Assembly: GCA_037447605.1 (NCBI GenBank) | Contig: CM074807.1 | Span: 3,108,990-3,172,989, forward strand | Reading direction: 5' to 3' | DNA from: Zygnema circumcarinatum SAG 698-1b | Lineage: Eukaryota > Plantae > Zygnematophyceae | DNA length: 64,000 nt | Shown: one piece after another, positions 1 to 12,588 of the stretch | Layout of the letters: every line of letters starts with the position of its first letter | How positions within the stretch are numbered: position 1 is the first letter of the stretch | Notes under the pieces: generated by a model | Told to the model about the DNA's origin: nothing | Seen by the model: only the letters and a program-made list of their open reading frames with translations | Database searches by the model: none | Program-made: the position numbers and the translations under genes

Positions 1-2407
1 AGACCGTTATGCAGGTGGAGCATCTTCAGGCAAATCATTCACCAATCAAGAGTTCCTGGGAGGAGAAACCCTCACAGTGGATTTGGGGCATGAACAACAT
101 GAATGCAGCAAGAAGACTTGGGGAGTAACTTCGCTGACTGTGAGTATAACCACTGGGTTTGTGGGCAATGCGGAGAGTAAAGGGAAGAAAGAAATGGAAA
201 GGCAGGATACTGGTTTAGAGGAGGCGCAAGAGAAACAGCCAGGCCAGTTGGAGGTCAATCACCATGACCAATCAAATGTGGCTCTGAGTGAATCAACAGA
301 GGTAGGAGGCAACGAGGGGCAGGCTGGTGTAATGGTGAAGTCCATGTATGTCAAGAAATCAAGATGGGAGAAGCCAGTCGTACCTCCTGTGCATCAGGGG
401 TCAGCCAGTTATGGGAATACAATTCATGCGAGCATGGAAGGGCAAAGTTCAATTGGAGCAGAGCACTTCACAGGCGAGAGCACAGTAGGTACTGTGCAGC
501 CTTTCGAGCAGCAGTTGAGGGGGCAACATGAGGACTTACCTTCCTTTGATTTTGTCAACTTTATCAGGTGAGCCACCGAAATTTGGCACTAGCCCATTTT
601 TAAAAAACATCGTCGGTGCTTGGGCTTTTTGGTGAGGTGGGATGGGATGCATGGGCTGACACATCAGCTAAACAATTCCTGGAACTTGATTGCGCTTGCA
701 GCATATGTGTGAAGTGACAGGTGTTCAGTGGCTTTCTGGTTTGTTCTCTGTAACAGCAGTTGTACCTCTCCGACAAATTTATTTGGAGGTGAAACCCAGC
801 CCCCAGGGCAGCCATGGCCTACCTGTGCGACATACCACCTCAAGGTCAATCAAGATCAACCAGTGTCCTCAGTGGTCCAGCAGCATCGGAATGTACTTGC
901 AGAAGGGAGGGAAATGCTGAAAAAGGGAAACCCATCAAAGAATGCTCAGAGGTCTCTTGAGACTGTGATGAACTCTGTGAGCACGACAAATGTTGGAAAC
1001 AGCAAGCATGGTTGTGCTGAACGTATAGAAATAGCAGGTGGGAGAAACGAGACTTTGAATGAGGTTTCTAATTGCCAGTTGAATGGACGAGAGGGATCGA
1101 CCACAGAGGGTGAGGAACAGAAGCCCTTCGGGTCTGAAGGGCAAGCGACAGATTTGATTGCAAGCAGCAATATCAATTCTGCAGGGGCTTGTGTAGAAAC
1201 TGCAGGCAAAGCAACGGTCACTGACAAATGTAAGGACAAGGTGAGAACGGAGGAAATGCATGCATCTAATGGACTTGACAGAGTCAGGAGTTTGAGGAAT
1301 GCTGAAGCAGTACCTGCTTCAGACTTCGCTGTGCACAAACATAACGGGCTCCCTGAACGGGCAGGAACAAAACGTTCCGCAAATCTTGCAAGTGGAAGCA
1401 GAAGCAAGCATAACAACTCTGTGGGTAATTCTGGTGATGGGGTTCAATGTCAACAAGAAGCTAAACCTGCAATATTGGGAAGCACAGGGAGCCTAAGTCC
1501 CATCGTCAAAACTGGCCAAGAAGGGATACAGGGTAAGGGAGAACGACTTGATGGAGGGAGGATTCACAATACCAGGACTGAACCCACAGCAGCCGAAGAA
1601 AAGGGGGTGGTGAAGATTTTGAAGAGGAAATCGGGAGAACCTGAAAGTGTTGAAAGTTTAAAATGTGGGGAAGATATGCGCAGGAACTTCACTAAGGAGG
1701 GGCATGATAAGCGAAATCAGGAAGGTCAACCTGCAACAAAGAATGGTGGATCTGGGCACGTCTTTAAAGGAGAAAGAAGAGGCAAGTATGGAAAATCCAT
1801 CCAGGAGATGGTTAGCGCAGTCATCATCTGTACGCGTGATATCAGGAAGGGAAAGGGAGAAAGGCACGATTTGGGAGAACAGGACCTCAACATTCAGGAA
1901 GCTCTTAAGAGCTTGCTGCATTCACGGGCGTGGGAAGGTTCGAAGGAGCGGAGTCCAAGCTTTGCCGATGTGGCAGACGGCCTGAAGGAGTGGGTTCTTC
2001 ATTCAGTCACCACACGTGTTCCTCGTCGGCTGCAGGAAAATTTGGAGGCTTTGTATGGAATGAAGATCTACATTGCCATTGATGAGAATGAGACAGCTCC
2101 GTTGCTGCGCTTGCTGCGTGAATACATTGTAAAACACGGAACCCATCTGATGCACAGCCCGGAAGTGTGGAGAAAGGTGTACCGCTCAGTCCTGCTGAAT
2201 CAGGAGGGAAGCAGATTCCTGGAGGGGGCGGGGGGCCTGCAGAGTCCTGGTCTCTCAACTCGAGCTCCACGGACACGGGAGGGCTCTCTCTCTCCTGGGA
2301 GAGAGGGTGACAGAGGAGGTAGAAGTCTGTTACATAGAACGGGAAGGAGACCCCAAGGGACATATTCTGGAAATTCACAAGAAGATCCTCGTCTGCTTTT
2401 TCCTTAA
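1..2407 (+). CDS. 3' part of an uncharacterised protein (long low-complexity region plus a predicted helical C-terminal domain); 5' end lies outside the window
   Basis: ORF 77-571 has a donor-like ATCAG|GTGAGC near 568 and an acceptor TAACAG near 755 leads into ORF 728-2407 (559 aa open). No recognisable family motif. Confidence 0.55.
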
Positions 2408-3701
2408 CGATTGTCGTTAGAGCTCTTTCTGTACCAATTGGGAAGGTCGGTACCTTTGAAACCAGGCATTCACTTCACCCTCTTGTACGTTGAAACTTAC
2501 GAATATATCCTACTTGGGACAAGGACATGGTGGGCGAGAGGAGGGAGGGGCTCTGCTCTACACTTCTAAGCATTCTCAGATAACTGAGCAAACGGCTTCT
2601 GTCAGAATCAGCAAAATTCTGTTACTTTTTTTTCTTCTTTTCCCGTCGTTTGTTTTTAAATTAGGGAGTAATGCCGTGAAGGTAATACCTGCATAGCTCA
2701 GAGCGCGTGGATTGTCACCATCGAAATGGATTTGTTTTTCTCTAGGAAGCATAGAAAAAGCTTTCTGCAGTTTGATGTGAAAGGGGCCAGTTGTTCATCG
2801 TGTGCTACTGGGCACTTTTTTAGTGGTACTTCGTAGAGCCACCTCCCTACCTTTGTAATGCGATGGCATGAGTCCAAAGCTCACCAGAGAAGCACCGAAT
2901 ATATGCCGAATGTGGTCAGATTTTAAAGGCCAACGAGCACTCCGCCTAAGACTGTCTCCCACATCACATCATTCAATTGCCCAACATGATTTCACCGTCG
3001 TGCACATCACTGCTCCTAGTACAAAAAACTTCCATCAGAAGCCCAATGTCATTCAGCCTCCTACACATTTGATCGCCCAACATCACTAATTCTTCCACAT
3101 CACTTCACTTTATCTTAATGATCCTTTGGTCAGTCAGCCCTGCCGCACGGCCCAGGCCTGGGCTGACAAGGAGGGAAGGGAGAGTGGTGCTCTTTGAGGC
3201 CAATCGTGGCAGCAAGGGAGAGGTTCCCGGTGCTGCCACGAGAGCCAAGCTGCCTACCGCTACCAGCCTGCCCTTAACCTCTCAAGCTGGGGTCTTTATG
3301 CAGGGGGGCGGCTCACGGCCTAACCACCTAAACAAGCCGCAGGGTCGTGGATCTCTATAAGGGCTTTCTAAATGGTAAATTAGACCCGATGGGCTTGGCA
3401 CTCGTCCTCTCTACCTCTTGAAGCCGCCTGCTCAATTCCCAACCCAAGAAGCCTAAACGAGCCATAGGAAGGCAAAAGAAACCACGGTCTTTGCTGGCAT
3501 GATTATTGCCGTGCAGCCATGCGGATGTAAAGAATAAAGAAACTTGCCTGACCAAAAGCGCAACGAATGGCATCCAGAGATTCCCTGGTGGCGAACAAAT
3601 CCCGCTGTCGGTCTTCAAAGGGTTGGGTATTTCGGAAAGAAACAATGGCGGAGATCTGCCTCGGCTCTGGGAGAGTACTGTCAGGTCTGTCGTCGGCTCA
3701 A

Positions 3702-6700
3702 TCATCTCAGTGTTCCAGCAGCGATAATCTCGCGAAGTTCATCTCTGATGGCTAGATAGCAAAACCGGAATTGCTCCTAGAGAACAACCAGCAGAAGATA
3801 CCTCAACTTCAAAAGTCAGCGATCACTTCTCTACTGTGGAGCTTCAAGCGTGAGCAGACATCCTCCTCGTCATAAACAAACTACCTCAGTTGCCTCTCCT
3901 GCCGTTCAAGTCATAAACATAGCATGAAGACAACTCTACACGCAGCCGACAAGAAGCAGTAAGAAAAGGCCGGCATGCAAAAAGTAGCGATCTTATCAAT
4001 TTTCTGACGAGCATGCCACATTCGCCAAATCCTATACTCCATATACTCCGTGTTCCATTCCACCTGAGTCTACGAACACACTCAGTTGATCGAGTTCATC
4101 CACTGAGAAGACACTTCTTAAAGACCTCACCTTTGTCTGCACCATTCCCGCGCGCTGCTCCCGGAAGTGTCGAACAGTTGCAGCTATATCTAGAGCTGAG
4201 CTGTCGCATGCTAGCAGCCTCCTTACTGTGTGATCAATCGTGCAATATGTACCCGTCCGGCCAATCCCAGCACTGCATTCGTGCACAGAAATTCTAGATA
4301 GGAGTCAAAACCTTCAATAGAAACTGTGGTTTACGTTTCCTGTGATGGGACTCAGGTCATCAGAGTATAGAGCACATCAGCTGATGGATATCATACGCAT
4401 GACACATGAGGGAGACGGTGAACCCCTCCAAGCTTTCATGTTTACGCTTGGAGAGGAGTTAATAGGCTAGATATGGATGGAATTCACGCATCACAGTGAC
4501 ACTAGCAATACACGCAATTTTCAGCAGTTCTGTTCACTGGGATATCATTGAACCCCGTGAGTTGCACCCAGTTCTCGCTACGAATGAAAGGAGCAGATTA
4601 CAGTTCACGTTATACTTGAGCCCAGACTGTCTGTAAGACGTGGCTAGATGAGCTGAAAAACAGTCCTTATGTCTCTATCTGTTTGAAAGAGAAAAAGAAT
4701 GGAAGAACTAAGAAACAGGTTCAGAGTTCCATGCTCAGTTAAGTAGAGAAAAAAGTAAGTAGATTGGAATGTACATCCACGCGAGCAATGGGGTATGATA
4801 GAGCAGCAAATAAATGATGAAAGGGGGAAAAGGGGAACCTGCAGTGGACTAGAAAAGGTCCCATTGAAACGGAGGAGTTTCGAAGGAGCCGAATCAGCCC
4901 TCTAATTGTGACAGTTGAGACAGGGACCCCGTGGTCTGGCCACTCCAGATATTGGTAGTGAGGAGCTTTGTATGGAGGGCGGCTGCTCTGAATTGTTCCC
5001 ACAACACGCGAAGCACAGGAGAAGACTCAGCCCCGCTGCCCCAAGGATGGAAAGCACGGTCTGCAGAACTGAAGAGCGAAAGCCCATGCATTGCATGCTC
5101 ATGAAAGCATGCCATGATCATGCTGCTGTAGTAGCTCACCCCATTTTCCGTGACATCCAGTAGTCGTTCGATTATATGAGGCTGAACAAGCCGTGTGGTT
5201 ATGTTTCTGACTGTCAAATGCCCATAAACCTCCACCTCTCCTTGGTTCAACGGAAAGTAGTGCGCGCACTTCACCTGCAAACAAGCCCAATTTCTACTCC
5301 AATTAAGGCGAAATTCTCTCAAGCGACTATTTAAAAGCATGGAGTCAAACATTACCCATTAAGCCAACTGTTCGTTTTCTCCAAGATTGCTCTGAACAAA
5401 GTAGTGACGGCTCAACTTCACCAGATAACCAGCGCAAGGCTCAACCTTGAGGAACTTACCCGAGAGCCTTCGACATTGCGGGTGAGAGAGATTATTGCTG
5501 CGCAATTCTCCTGTCTTGCCATGTCCCAAAAGTCGGCCACGGTGCTTTCTAAAGGCCCCTGAGATGCAATGAATCTTGGAAGCGCACAATCTGCGTCATA
5601 CTGCAATCCACTTCATGCGAAGTAAGATCCTCTCTAACACATTCTCTCACTCTCTCCCTTACTTTGCTCATCTCTCCCTCTGTTACCAAGAAATACACAA
5701 GTTTCTGAGCGCCAGCATGGGAAGGCCGCATGTACCTCTATATGGCTTGCATTTATGTAGTCACTACCACTGGGTGGGCTGTGGCGAGCTCCCTTCAACA
5801 CCACTCTGCAGTCCTCAACTGCGCTCATTTCCAAGTCAAGGAGAAAATCTGACTGCTTTCTACTAAGGCTACTTTTGGACATGCTTACCTTATTGGCTCC
5901 GGGACATAACCAGTCTCCACTAGCTTTCCCAAGGCCAAGATGGCCGAGTGACAAATGCGTCACAGAGCCAAACTATTTCATTGACGATTATGAGGACGAA
6001 GCTGTTGACCATGGAGGATACAAGGAAGTACATCCCAGTAGCGATTTTTGAATCGATTGCTCCCTCTCATTGCGGAAGTAGCTGCCGCCGGACCCTCTTG
6101 TATCGTATTTCGGCTAGAGTCAGTCTGCAGGAAACGAGAACACCAGGAAAAGAGCAAAATGGTGGACATGTTGCTTTCGTGCTTTACTGCTTACGACCCT
6201 TCAAGCAATGTCATGATACTCCATTCTAGGGATATAATTTCATGCAAGCTTTTCTCAGTGTCTTGTTCTCCTCTACAGTCTAGCCAAACTATACGTTGCC
6301 ACGGAGAACTAAATATTCACCACTTGCTAGTACTGGCTGGAGCAGCATCGCAGAGGCCTAACGGAACAAGCCAGAACGTAGGAGGGTCAGCTAAGAACGT
6401 GAGGAGAACAATAGGAAAGCAACTCATATGCAAAAAGGACGGCTCGTACCTTGTCACAACATTCCCTTTAATTTCTCCATAATTTCCAGGAGAATCAGAC
6501 CAATTATGACTGAACATGTACACTTTCTTGTGTGCTCATTGCAGCTTGTTTTGCAAATTTGAGTCAGATAGGAAACTCCTTTACTTGGAAATAGCAACGC
6601 TTACCTGCAAAGCATCAAACTCCCGATCAAAGCCGTTCTTGCGCCCACTGGGAGGAGTCTTATCCAGTTCTTCGATCTCAGCCTCCAATTGATCTAGAGC

Positions 6701-6847
6701 GCCTTCACACCAATGCAGAATCTCGGCATCCAGCAATTGTTGTTCTGGTCTGCTGCTTATCTGCTGCCTTTGCGCCATGTCGTCACTTGCAGCCTCTCCC
6801 ATCACTCTGCTTCGGACTTTACCAAGGCCTCCCGCCCTCCCCTTCAT
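3702..6847 (-). CDS. PTP1: Classical tyrosine-specific protein phosphatase (plant PTP1-like), multi-exon
   Basis: Exons encode KNRYWDVLP (pTyr loop), DYINASHI, FIASQGPL..TVADFW, KCAHYFP, WPDHGVP (WPD loop), VHC|SAGIGRTG (signature split by an intron) and GMVQT. The last exon EQFRFCYLAIRDELREII...* lies at 3776-3702. The start ATG could be 6847 or 6904. Confidence 0.93.
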
Positions 6848-7339
6848 TCCATTGAAGTGAAGTCCACAAGACGAAGGACTTGGAGTGCTCGGTGATGTAT
6901 GCATTATGTAGCAGGCAGGAGCGTTTTTTTTTCCCAGGTTTGAGCTACAACCTTCTTTACTAGGATGAGAGTGAGCTGCTTGCTTGATTGAATGGCGAGG
7001 GTAAGCAGACTCGATTGATGACTTCACCAAAACCTGCAGAAAATCAAGGATTTACAGTACACTGCCTCAGGAAATGACGACGAAAACCACCCAAATACAG
7101 CCAAAGGAGCGACCAGCACACTTCCGTACACGAGCTCGTGCAGTAAAATTTTCAAGCAACGTTGTCAATTGCTTCGAAGGACCCAATTTGTGCACGATGG
7201 CAATCACAATTAGAGATATATATCAACTTTACCAAGCAAAGCTGAACTATCTGCAACGTGCTTCGGACAGACAAACGAGAAAATAAGCAACACAAGCATT
7301 GACAAAGAAAGAATCTCGCTACCATATCTCCCCGCCACA

Positions 7340-7860
7340 TATCCTCCCTCCTCCCTCCTCCCTCCTCCCTCCTCCCTCCTCCCTCCTTCCCCCCTTCCAC
7401 CTTCTCCAACTCCCTCCCTCCTCTCTCCCTCCCTTCCTCCCTTCACCTTCCACGGCTCTCCCTCCCCCCTGCTTCCCTCCCTCCCCTCCTTCCTTCTTCC
7501 TCCCTTCACCCTCAGCCTCTCCCGCTCTCGCCCCCTCCAGCCTCCCTCCCCTCCCCTTCCTTCTTTTCCCTACTCCCGCTCTCCCCTCCCCACCCTTTTC
7601 CCGCCCCCTTCCCTCCACTCTCCTTCCCCTCCTCCCTCCCCAGCCTCTCCCCTCTCCCTCTCCCACTCCCTCTCCCTCTCCCTCTCCCTCCAAGAGCACC
7701 AACCTTACTCCATCGTTCTCCCCCCTCCCTCCCCCTCCACAACAAACCCTAAAACCACCCCTCCGTCAAGCGAGGCGGCAGCAGTGCCCTCTCTCCCTCC
7801 CTCGCCCCCGGGAAGCACGCCTTTCCCTTCCCTTCCCTTGCCTTTTTTCCCTTCGGCGGG
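7340..7860. repeat. Polypyrimidine/polypurine low-complexity tract (CCT/CCCT-rich on +), probably the GA-rich 5' leader and intron of PTP1
   Basis: Direct inspection: ~500 bp almost exclusively C/T on the + strand. It produces spurious Pro-rich and Gly/Glu/Arg-rich ORFs. Confidence 0.85.
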
Positions 7861-7955
7861 CGGGCGGGCAGCGCCGCCTGCCGGACTCCGGGCTGCCCGA
7901 CAAAAGGTGCGGCGTTTGGGGAGGACGGCCACGTGGCGCGCATTGATGGGCCTCA
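7744..7955. promoter_or_regulatory. Promoter motifs upstream of PTP1: telo-box AAACCCTAA (7744-7752), G-box GCCACGTGGC (7928-7937), site-II-like TGGGCC (7947-7952)
   Basis: Exact matches to well-known plant cis-elements clustered next to the GA-rich leader. Function is inferred. Confidence 0.45.
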
Positions 7956-8227
7956 TCGCGCAATGATAATTTCTGGCTGTCCTTGGCGCAGTTCCACGCG
8001 GGTCCTGTCGGCAAGGCCAGGAGGGTCCACCTTTCTTGAACTGGATCAACCGCCGGAGTTCGAAACCGAGGTGAAAAGATTGCAACCCGCTTCAACTTTG
8101 TGGGTTGGGATTCGCTCTGAACCGTCCTCACGTGTGGGACAGGTGGCACTCAAGGTAGGCGGAAGGCCGCCGCTTGGGGCAGTTAAAGACTATAGATCCG
8201 TATTATACACTTTGAGGTTCGATACAA

Positions 8228-8259
8228 TGTATAATACAGTATTAATACTGTATTATACA
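8228..8259. repeat. Perfect 32-bp palindrome TGTATAATACAGTATT|AATACTGTATTATACA, with a related hairpin TGTATAATAC-GCAT-GTATTATACA near 8503-8526
   Basis: Reverse-complement check done by eye. Confidence 0.85.
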
Positions 8260-9939
8260 CTGTATAATACCTCAACGCAACTGTTAACAGCCGTACAATT
8301 GGAACATAGATCCGTACGGTAATTAGGTACGGAAGGGTTGTACGAACATGTACGGACCAAGTCACACGTGTTGAGTGTTTGGCAAGTGACGTGACTTGGA
8401 AAGTGCTGGAATTTCAATATTATAATCAATTTTTGTTCAACTAACCACGAAAATAAAAAAAATACGTTAAATACATTAAAAATACACTGTATTTTTAAAA
8501 TGTTGTATAATACGCATGTATTATACAGTGTATTAATACACGCGTTTGATACATACGGATCTATATTAAAGACAGCGAGAGAGTGCAACGTGGCATCCAC
8601 ATGGCATCCACGTAGTAGCGGACCTGCCCGTAAAATGTTTGGCGTAGACTTAAATGTGCCACGTGTCAATTTTTAATTGGCATTGGATCTCGCGAACTTA
8701 CCCCATTTTTCTATTCGGGTGCGAAGACAAACCCGATTTCGAGTGTTTATTCAACGTCCTGCCTCTCCAGATTTTTCAACCGTGCGAGACTACGGTACGT
8801 CAGCAGAGTTGAACCACGTCAGCAAATGTTGAAGAAGTTGACGAAAGGTGGACCTTCAGAACGAAGCCCTACGGATGCTACCCGACAAAAATATTTAATA
8901 TTGAACGACAATTTTCTGCCACGTCATCCTGAGTACAGTACACTCCCTGGGTCACTTTTGGAAATGTCCCGATTGTTAGTTCGAAACTAGTACCTCTTTC
9001 GATTCCAATAGCCTCCACAGAACTACTGATTTTAAACCTCACGATTTGTTCAAGGTGATTTTGCCTATACCGTAGCTCTTGAACATTGCCAAAACCATAC
9101 AATACCGTACTGTACAAGTTACCGTACTGTACGAAAAGCATGGAAGCTGTCGCCCGTGGACCGATACGGAGCTACGTTCATGCTGCACGGTTCTGTGCGC
9201 CTTTGTTCTGTCGCGTTCTAGGGTTTTGGCGTTCTGTACGGATTGACGTGCGCCCCAAGGTGCGCCTTCAGGCCGGAGCACCGTAAAATCGAACAGGTGG
9301 GGAAAAAAATAAATTAAAGATTTCGGCTTCTCAAAGAAAAAAACTTTCAAAACCAGTTTCCCAAAATAAACCTTATATTTGTGGACACGATTTCATTTTG
9401 AGAAATATGAAATGAATTTTCTTTTTTTCCTCAATAACAATTTTATGGAGAACGAATTGAACATTGAGCTTCGTACAGAAATTGTTGATCGGCTCGCGGT
9501 AAGAGGTCGTACGAAAAAAATGAGGCCCGGCTAACCGGATCCCACAAATCGCACGGAACCAACGTGGCAAAAAGTGGATACTACACGTGCGACCGAACGT
9601 GTTGAGTTTCTGAACTTTTAAAACTTTTTCGCTTTCTTAAATCGAGAAAGTTTCGACTCGAGTGTTCAAAGTTCAACCCTATTAAGACCCAGTAAGATTG
9701 AGAATTGAGAAATTAAGTAAACTCGATTCTCATTTTCTCAACCTGTTCGGTTTTACGGCATTCGGATTTCGAAACCTTGAAGCGCTTGGGTGAGAATTAG
9801 GGTTGGTCCCTCCGCAGAATGTGGCAGCAGTATGTCTGGGTGTTGAAATCCAGCGAGCTCGAGCGCAGATTGTGCAGGAACTCAGCTCGCTTGTGGGAGC
9901 AAGGCCGGGCGGAGCTGGGAGCTGGAGGTTGGGCTCGCC

Positions 9940-12183
9940 ATGGAGGCTTTGTCAGCAGAGGGAGCGAGGCCTCACGTTTCCTTTGTCTCCGGCTTCTCCT
10001 CTCGCCTCTGGAATCTCGTTGAAGCTATCCGTTGGGGCTCCGTTTTGCAATGGTACCGTCCGACGGTGCTTCAATTATCTGACAAGAGTGTCTTGCAGCT
10101 CCAGAAGGACATGGGACTGTCACCTGATGCAGGTCAATTTGTGTTTGCATTGAGTGCTCAGAATTCATCGGGTGTGGTCTATGTGTTGTCGTCTCAGTTT
10201 CTGTCGGAGAATTCCCTTGCGCATGCGAAGGAACTGATTGCAGCGGTGAAGCCTGCAGTAGTCGTAGCACAAGTGGATAAGAAATTTCTCGGTTCAAATT
10301 TTATGTCTCTTGCTGCGAGGCTTGAAAAGAGTAAAATGAGTACACCCCCCTCACAATCCTGCACTCAGCCTGTAGATGGTAGGCAGGAATCTCACTCATC
10401 GTTAGCGAATGTTTCTGGAATATCCCGACAAGCAAGTATGGAAGAACCTTCTGTGCCAACTCGAGCGTTGGATGTTTTGGCGAAGTCGGCAGCGGGAGGG
10501 CCTGCTTTGGCTGAATACAAGCAGCTGGTTTGCCTGGAATTGGTTCATGCAATATTTGGGGCAACGATGATGGGACACGTTACAGCAGCCGAAGAGGCGG
10601 CTCGAGAAGTAAATTCACAAATCTTGTATTTGGAAACATTATCTTTTGATAACATGGAGGATAACGATGGGCAGGAATGCTCAGATGTGGTTAGCTCACT
10701 TGCAGAATGGTCTAGGCCGCATTTCTTAACAAGAAATGCACAAAAGTTACTTCAGCCACCTTCTCAATCCACTGTTGATGTCTCTCTTCTTGAGAATCGT
10801 TCACAGAAGGAAGAAAGCTGTAGTGAAGACAATAAATGCACGATGACAAGTGGAAGCAGCGGAAAGTTTGAGAATGTAACGGAGCTGAGTCCAGAGCCTG
10901 AGCCTGTAGAGCCATTTATAGGAGAACTTGTGGAGCCCTACTTGAAGACTTACGTGGAGCTTCTTCCACAAAGCAACGCGTTGAAGGAAGCACATCATAT
11001 AGCACGGCGGCTGACACGGCATCTGACAGAAGGGCAAGGAGCATCTGAAGGCGAGCTGAAGCATATGTGGCATTTCAGGCATGCTGTTGAACTTCTCCGT
11101 ATCGTCAATGTCTTGAAAGCTCGCAGCTTGCCTGAAGTGAATGGTCCAACGACATCCATATCAAATGCACATCGGCAAGGCCACAAGAGCTCGTCAATGG
11201 GTATTGAGCAGTTCTCGAACCTGCAGCCAGAGGAGCAGCAGCATGTACTCGTGGCACAAGCGCTGCGTCATGCAGCAGAAGAGCAGTCATGCGTGGCAAT
11301 AGTGGATGGTTCAACAGTTAGGGGCCTCTTAAGGTATTGGCAGACGGACGTTTCAGCGGATGTGGCAGAATTAGCTGTCAAGTGTCTCGTTAAGAATGAA
11401 GCGATTGAAAATAGCGGGAGCAGTACTCGGAGTATCGAAAAGTCAGGTAGATATCGCAAGGAGTCGCTGGTCTCTGGGTTATTAGACCACCGACAAGGCA
11501 GCAATGACAATAAGAGTGTGCCTCTTCATTCGAATGAGGGGAGTTCATTTGTTATTAGTTTTGCGGCTGCTACAGCTTCCGCTCTTGCTATGTGGGGCTC
11601 AAGCATAGGCATCTACTCCACCGCAGTGAAACTTCTTGGTTTTAAGATTCCTTCCGTTTTGAAGGCTGCATTGTTGTTGGCGGAGCGGGGAATGTCTGTT
11701 GGAGGGCTTAAAGCCCTGCCTGCTGCGCATTGGGCAAGTCCAGTGAAATTTTTCTCCACTGTGCCTCATGGGGCCTTCTCTGGGAAGGTTGCTGTCAGTG
11801 CGAAGGCTGCAGCAGTAAGTAAGTCATCATCAGCCTCTGGGACCATGGCCCAGGCAATAGTCGATTCTGCATACCGTTCCAGTTTTCAGATTGGCAGAAC
11901 GGCTTTTTATGGTTTGATGAAGAGTGGGAAAGGCCAATCACGTGTACAGCCTGGTAGAATGCGGGTATGGATGGTACTGGGGGCCACACTCACTTGTTGT
12001 GGAGCTGTAACGATGTATAGAGAGGAGGTTGAGCGAGCAACTGCGATTGCACCACATGCGAAGTCTGTTGCTCTTATGGGGCGAGGCTTACAGGGTCTTA
12101 GAGAGGCTTCAGACAAGGCGAAGTCTGACACAGCTTTTTGGAGGGATCACTATCGAGAACTTTATGCTAGAATATGGAGGTAG
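9940..12183 (+). CDS. Intronless 747-aa protein with an N-terminal TraB/PrgY-like segment and a hydrophobic C-terminal region; resembles a conserved uncharacterised plant family
   Basis: Uninterrupted 2.2-kb ORF. VYVLSSQFLSENSLAHAKELIAAVKPAVVVAQVD resembles the TraB-family start (VYLxGTAHxSxxS..V..xI...KPDxVVVEL). The C-terminal RTAFYGLM...GATLTCCG...LGRGLQGL-type segment recalls land-plant homologues (from memory). Confidence 0.8.
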   Translation: MEALSAEGARPHVSFVSGFSSRLWNLVEAIRWGSVLQWYRPTVLQLSDKSVLQLQKDMGLSPDAGQFVFALSAQNSSGVVYVLSSQFLSENSLAHAKELIAAVKPAVVVAQVDKKFLGSNFMSLAARLEKSKMSTPPSQSCTQPVDGRQESHSSLANVSGISRQASMEEPSVPTRALDVLAKSAAGGPALAEYKQLVCLELVHAIFGATMMGHVTAAEEAAREVNSQILYLETLSFDNMEDNDGQECSDVVSSLAEWSRPHFLTRNAQKLLQPPSQSTVDVSLLENRSQKEESCSEDNKCTMTSGSSGKFENVTELSPEPEPVEPFIGELVEPYLKTYVELLPQSNALKEAHHIARRLTRHLTEGQGASEGELKHMWHFRHAVELLRIVNVLKARSLPEVNGPTTSISNAHRQGHKSSSMGIEQFSNLQPEEQQHVLVAQALRHAAEEQSCVAIVDGSTVRGLLRYWQTDVSADVAELAVKCLVKNEAIENSGSSTRSIEKSGRYRKESLVSGLLDHRQGSNDNKSVPLHSNEGSSFVISFAAATASALAMWGSSIGIYSTAVKLLGFKIPSVLKAALLLAERGMSVGGLKALPAAHWASPVKFFSTVPHGAFSGKVAVSAKAAAVSKSSSASGTMAQAIVDSAYRSSFQIGRTAFYGLMKSGKGQSRVQPGRMRVWMVLGATLTCCGAVTMYREEVERATAIAPHAKSVALMGRGLQGLREASDKAKSDTAFWRDHYRELYARIWR

Positions 12184-12588
12184 CTCGTGTGGTGAGAGTG
12201 TGCATATGACAATAGGCTCCCCTAGTCACAGCCGCGCATCCTGGTGATGTTGAGGGATAGTTTCCCCCATCATGCCTTTGCATGTACAGATCATGAATTC
12301 ATTTTTGAGAAATTGAGAAGAGGCTCTGTCGTTTTCGATTTATCAGCTTTGTTAACCAGCTTAGCTTTTAGGAAGATAGCTCCATGTTCAATTCCTTCTG
12401 TGGTTGATCGTGCTCATAGGGACGGAGGGTACCTGATGTACATGCTGAGCACAAACAGGAGGTTGTAAAGACTTGCCTTGTCTTTTACCAATCTTTGTGA
12501 GGCCTTCCGGGACATTGTCGGCAGATGAACTGAAGTGGATTTCTGGGCAAGTGTAGGTGCAGTTCTTCACAGGTCGGACCATGAGACC

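Noticed and set aside
3355-3705. 116-aa minus-strand ORF after PTP1
   Set aside because: It begins at the PTP1 stop codon in another frame, is probably 3' UTR, and has no recognisable features.
7299-7946. Pro-rich extensin-like and Gly/Glu/Arg-rich ORFs
   Set aside because: Artefacts of the C/T low-complexity tract.
8040-8075. tRNA or SINE B-box (GGAGTTCGAAACC)
   Set aside because: No cloverleaf and no convincing A-box at the right spacing.
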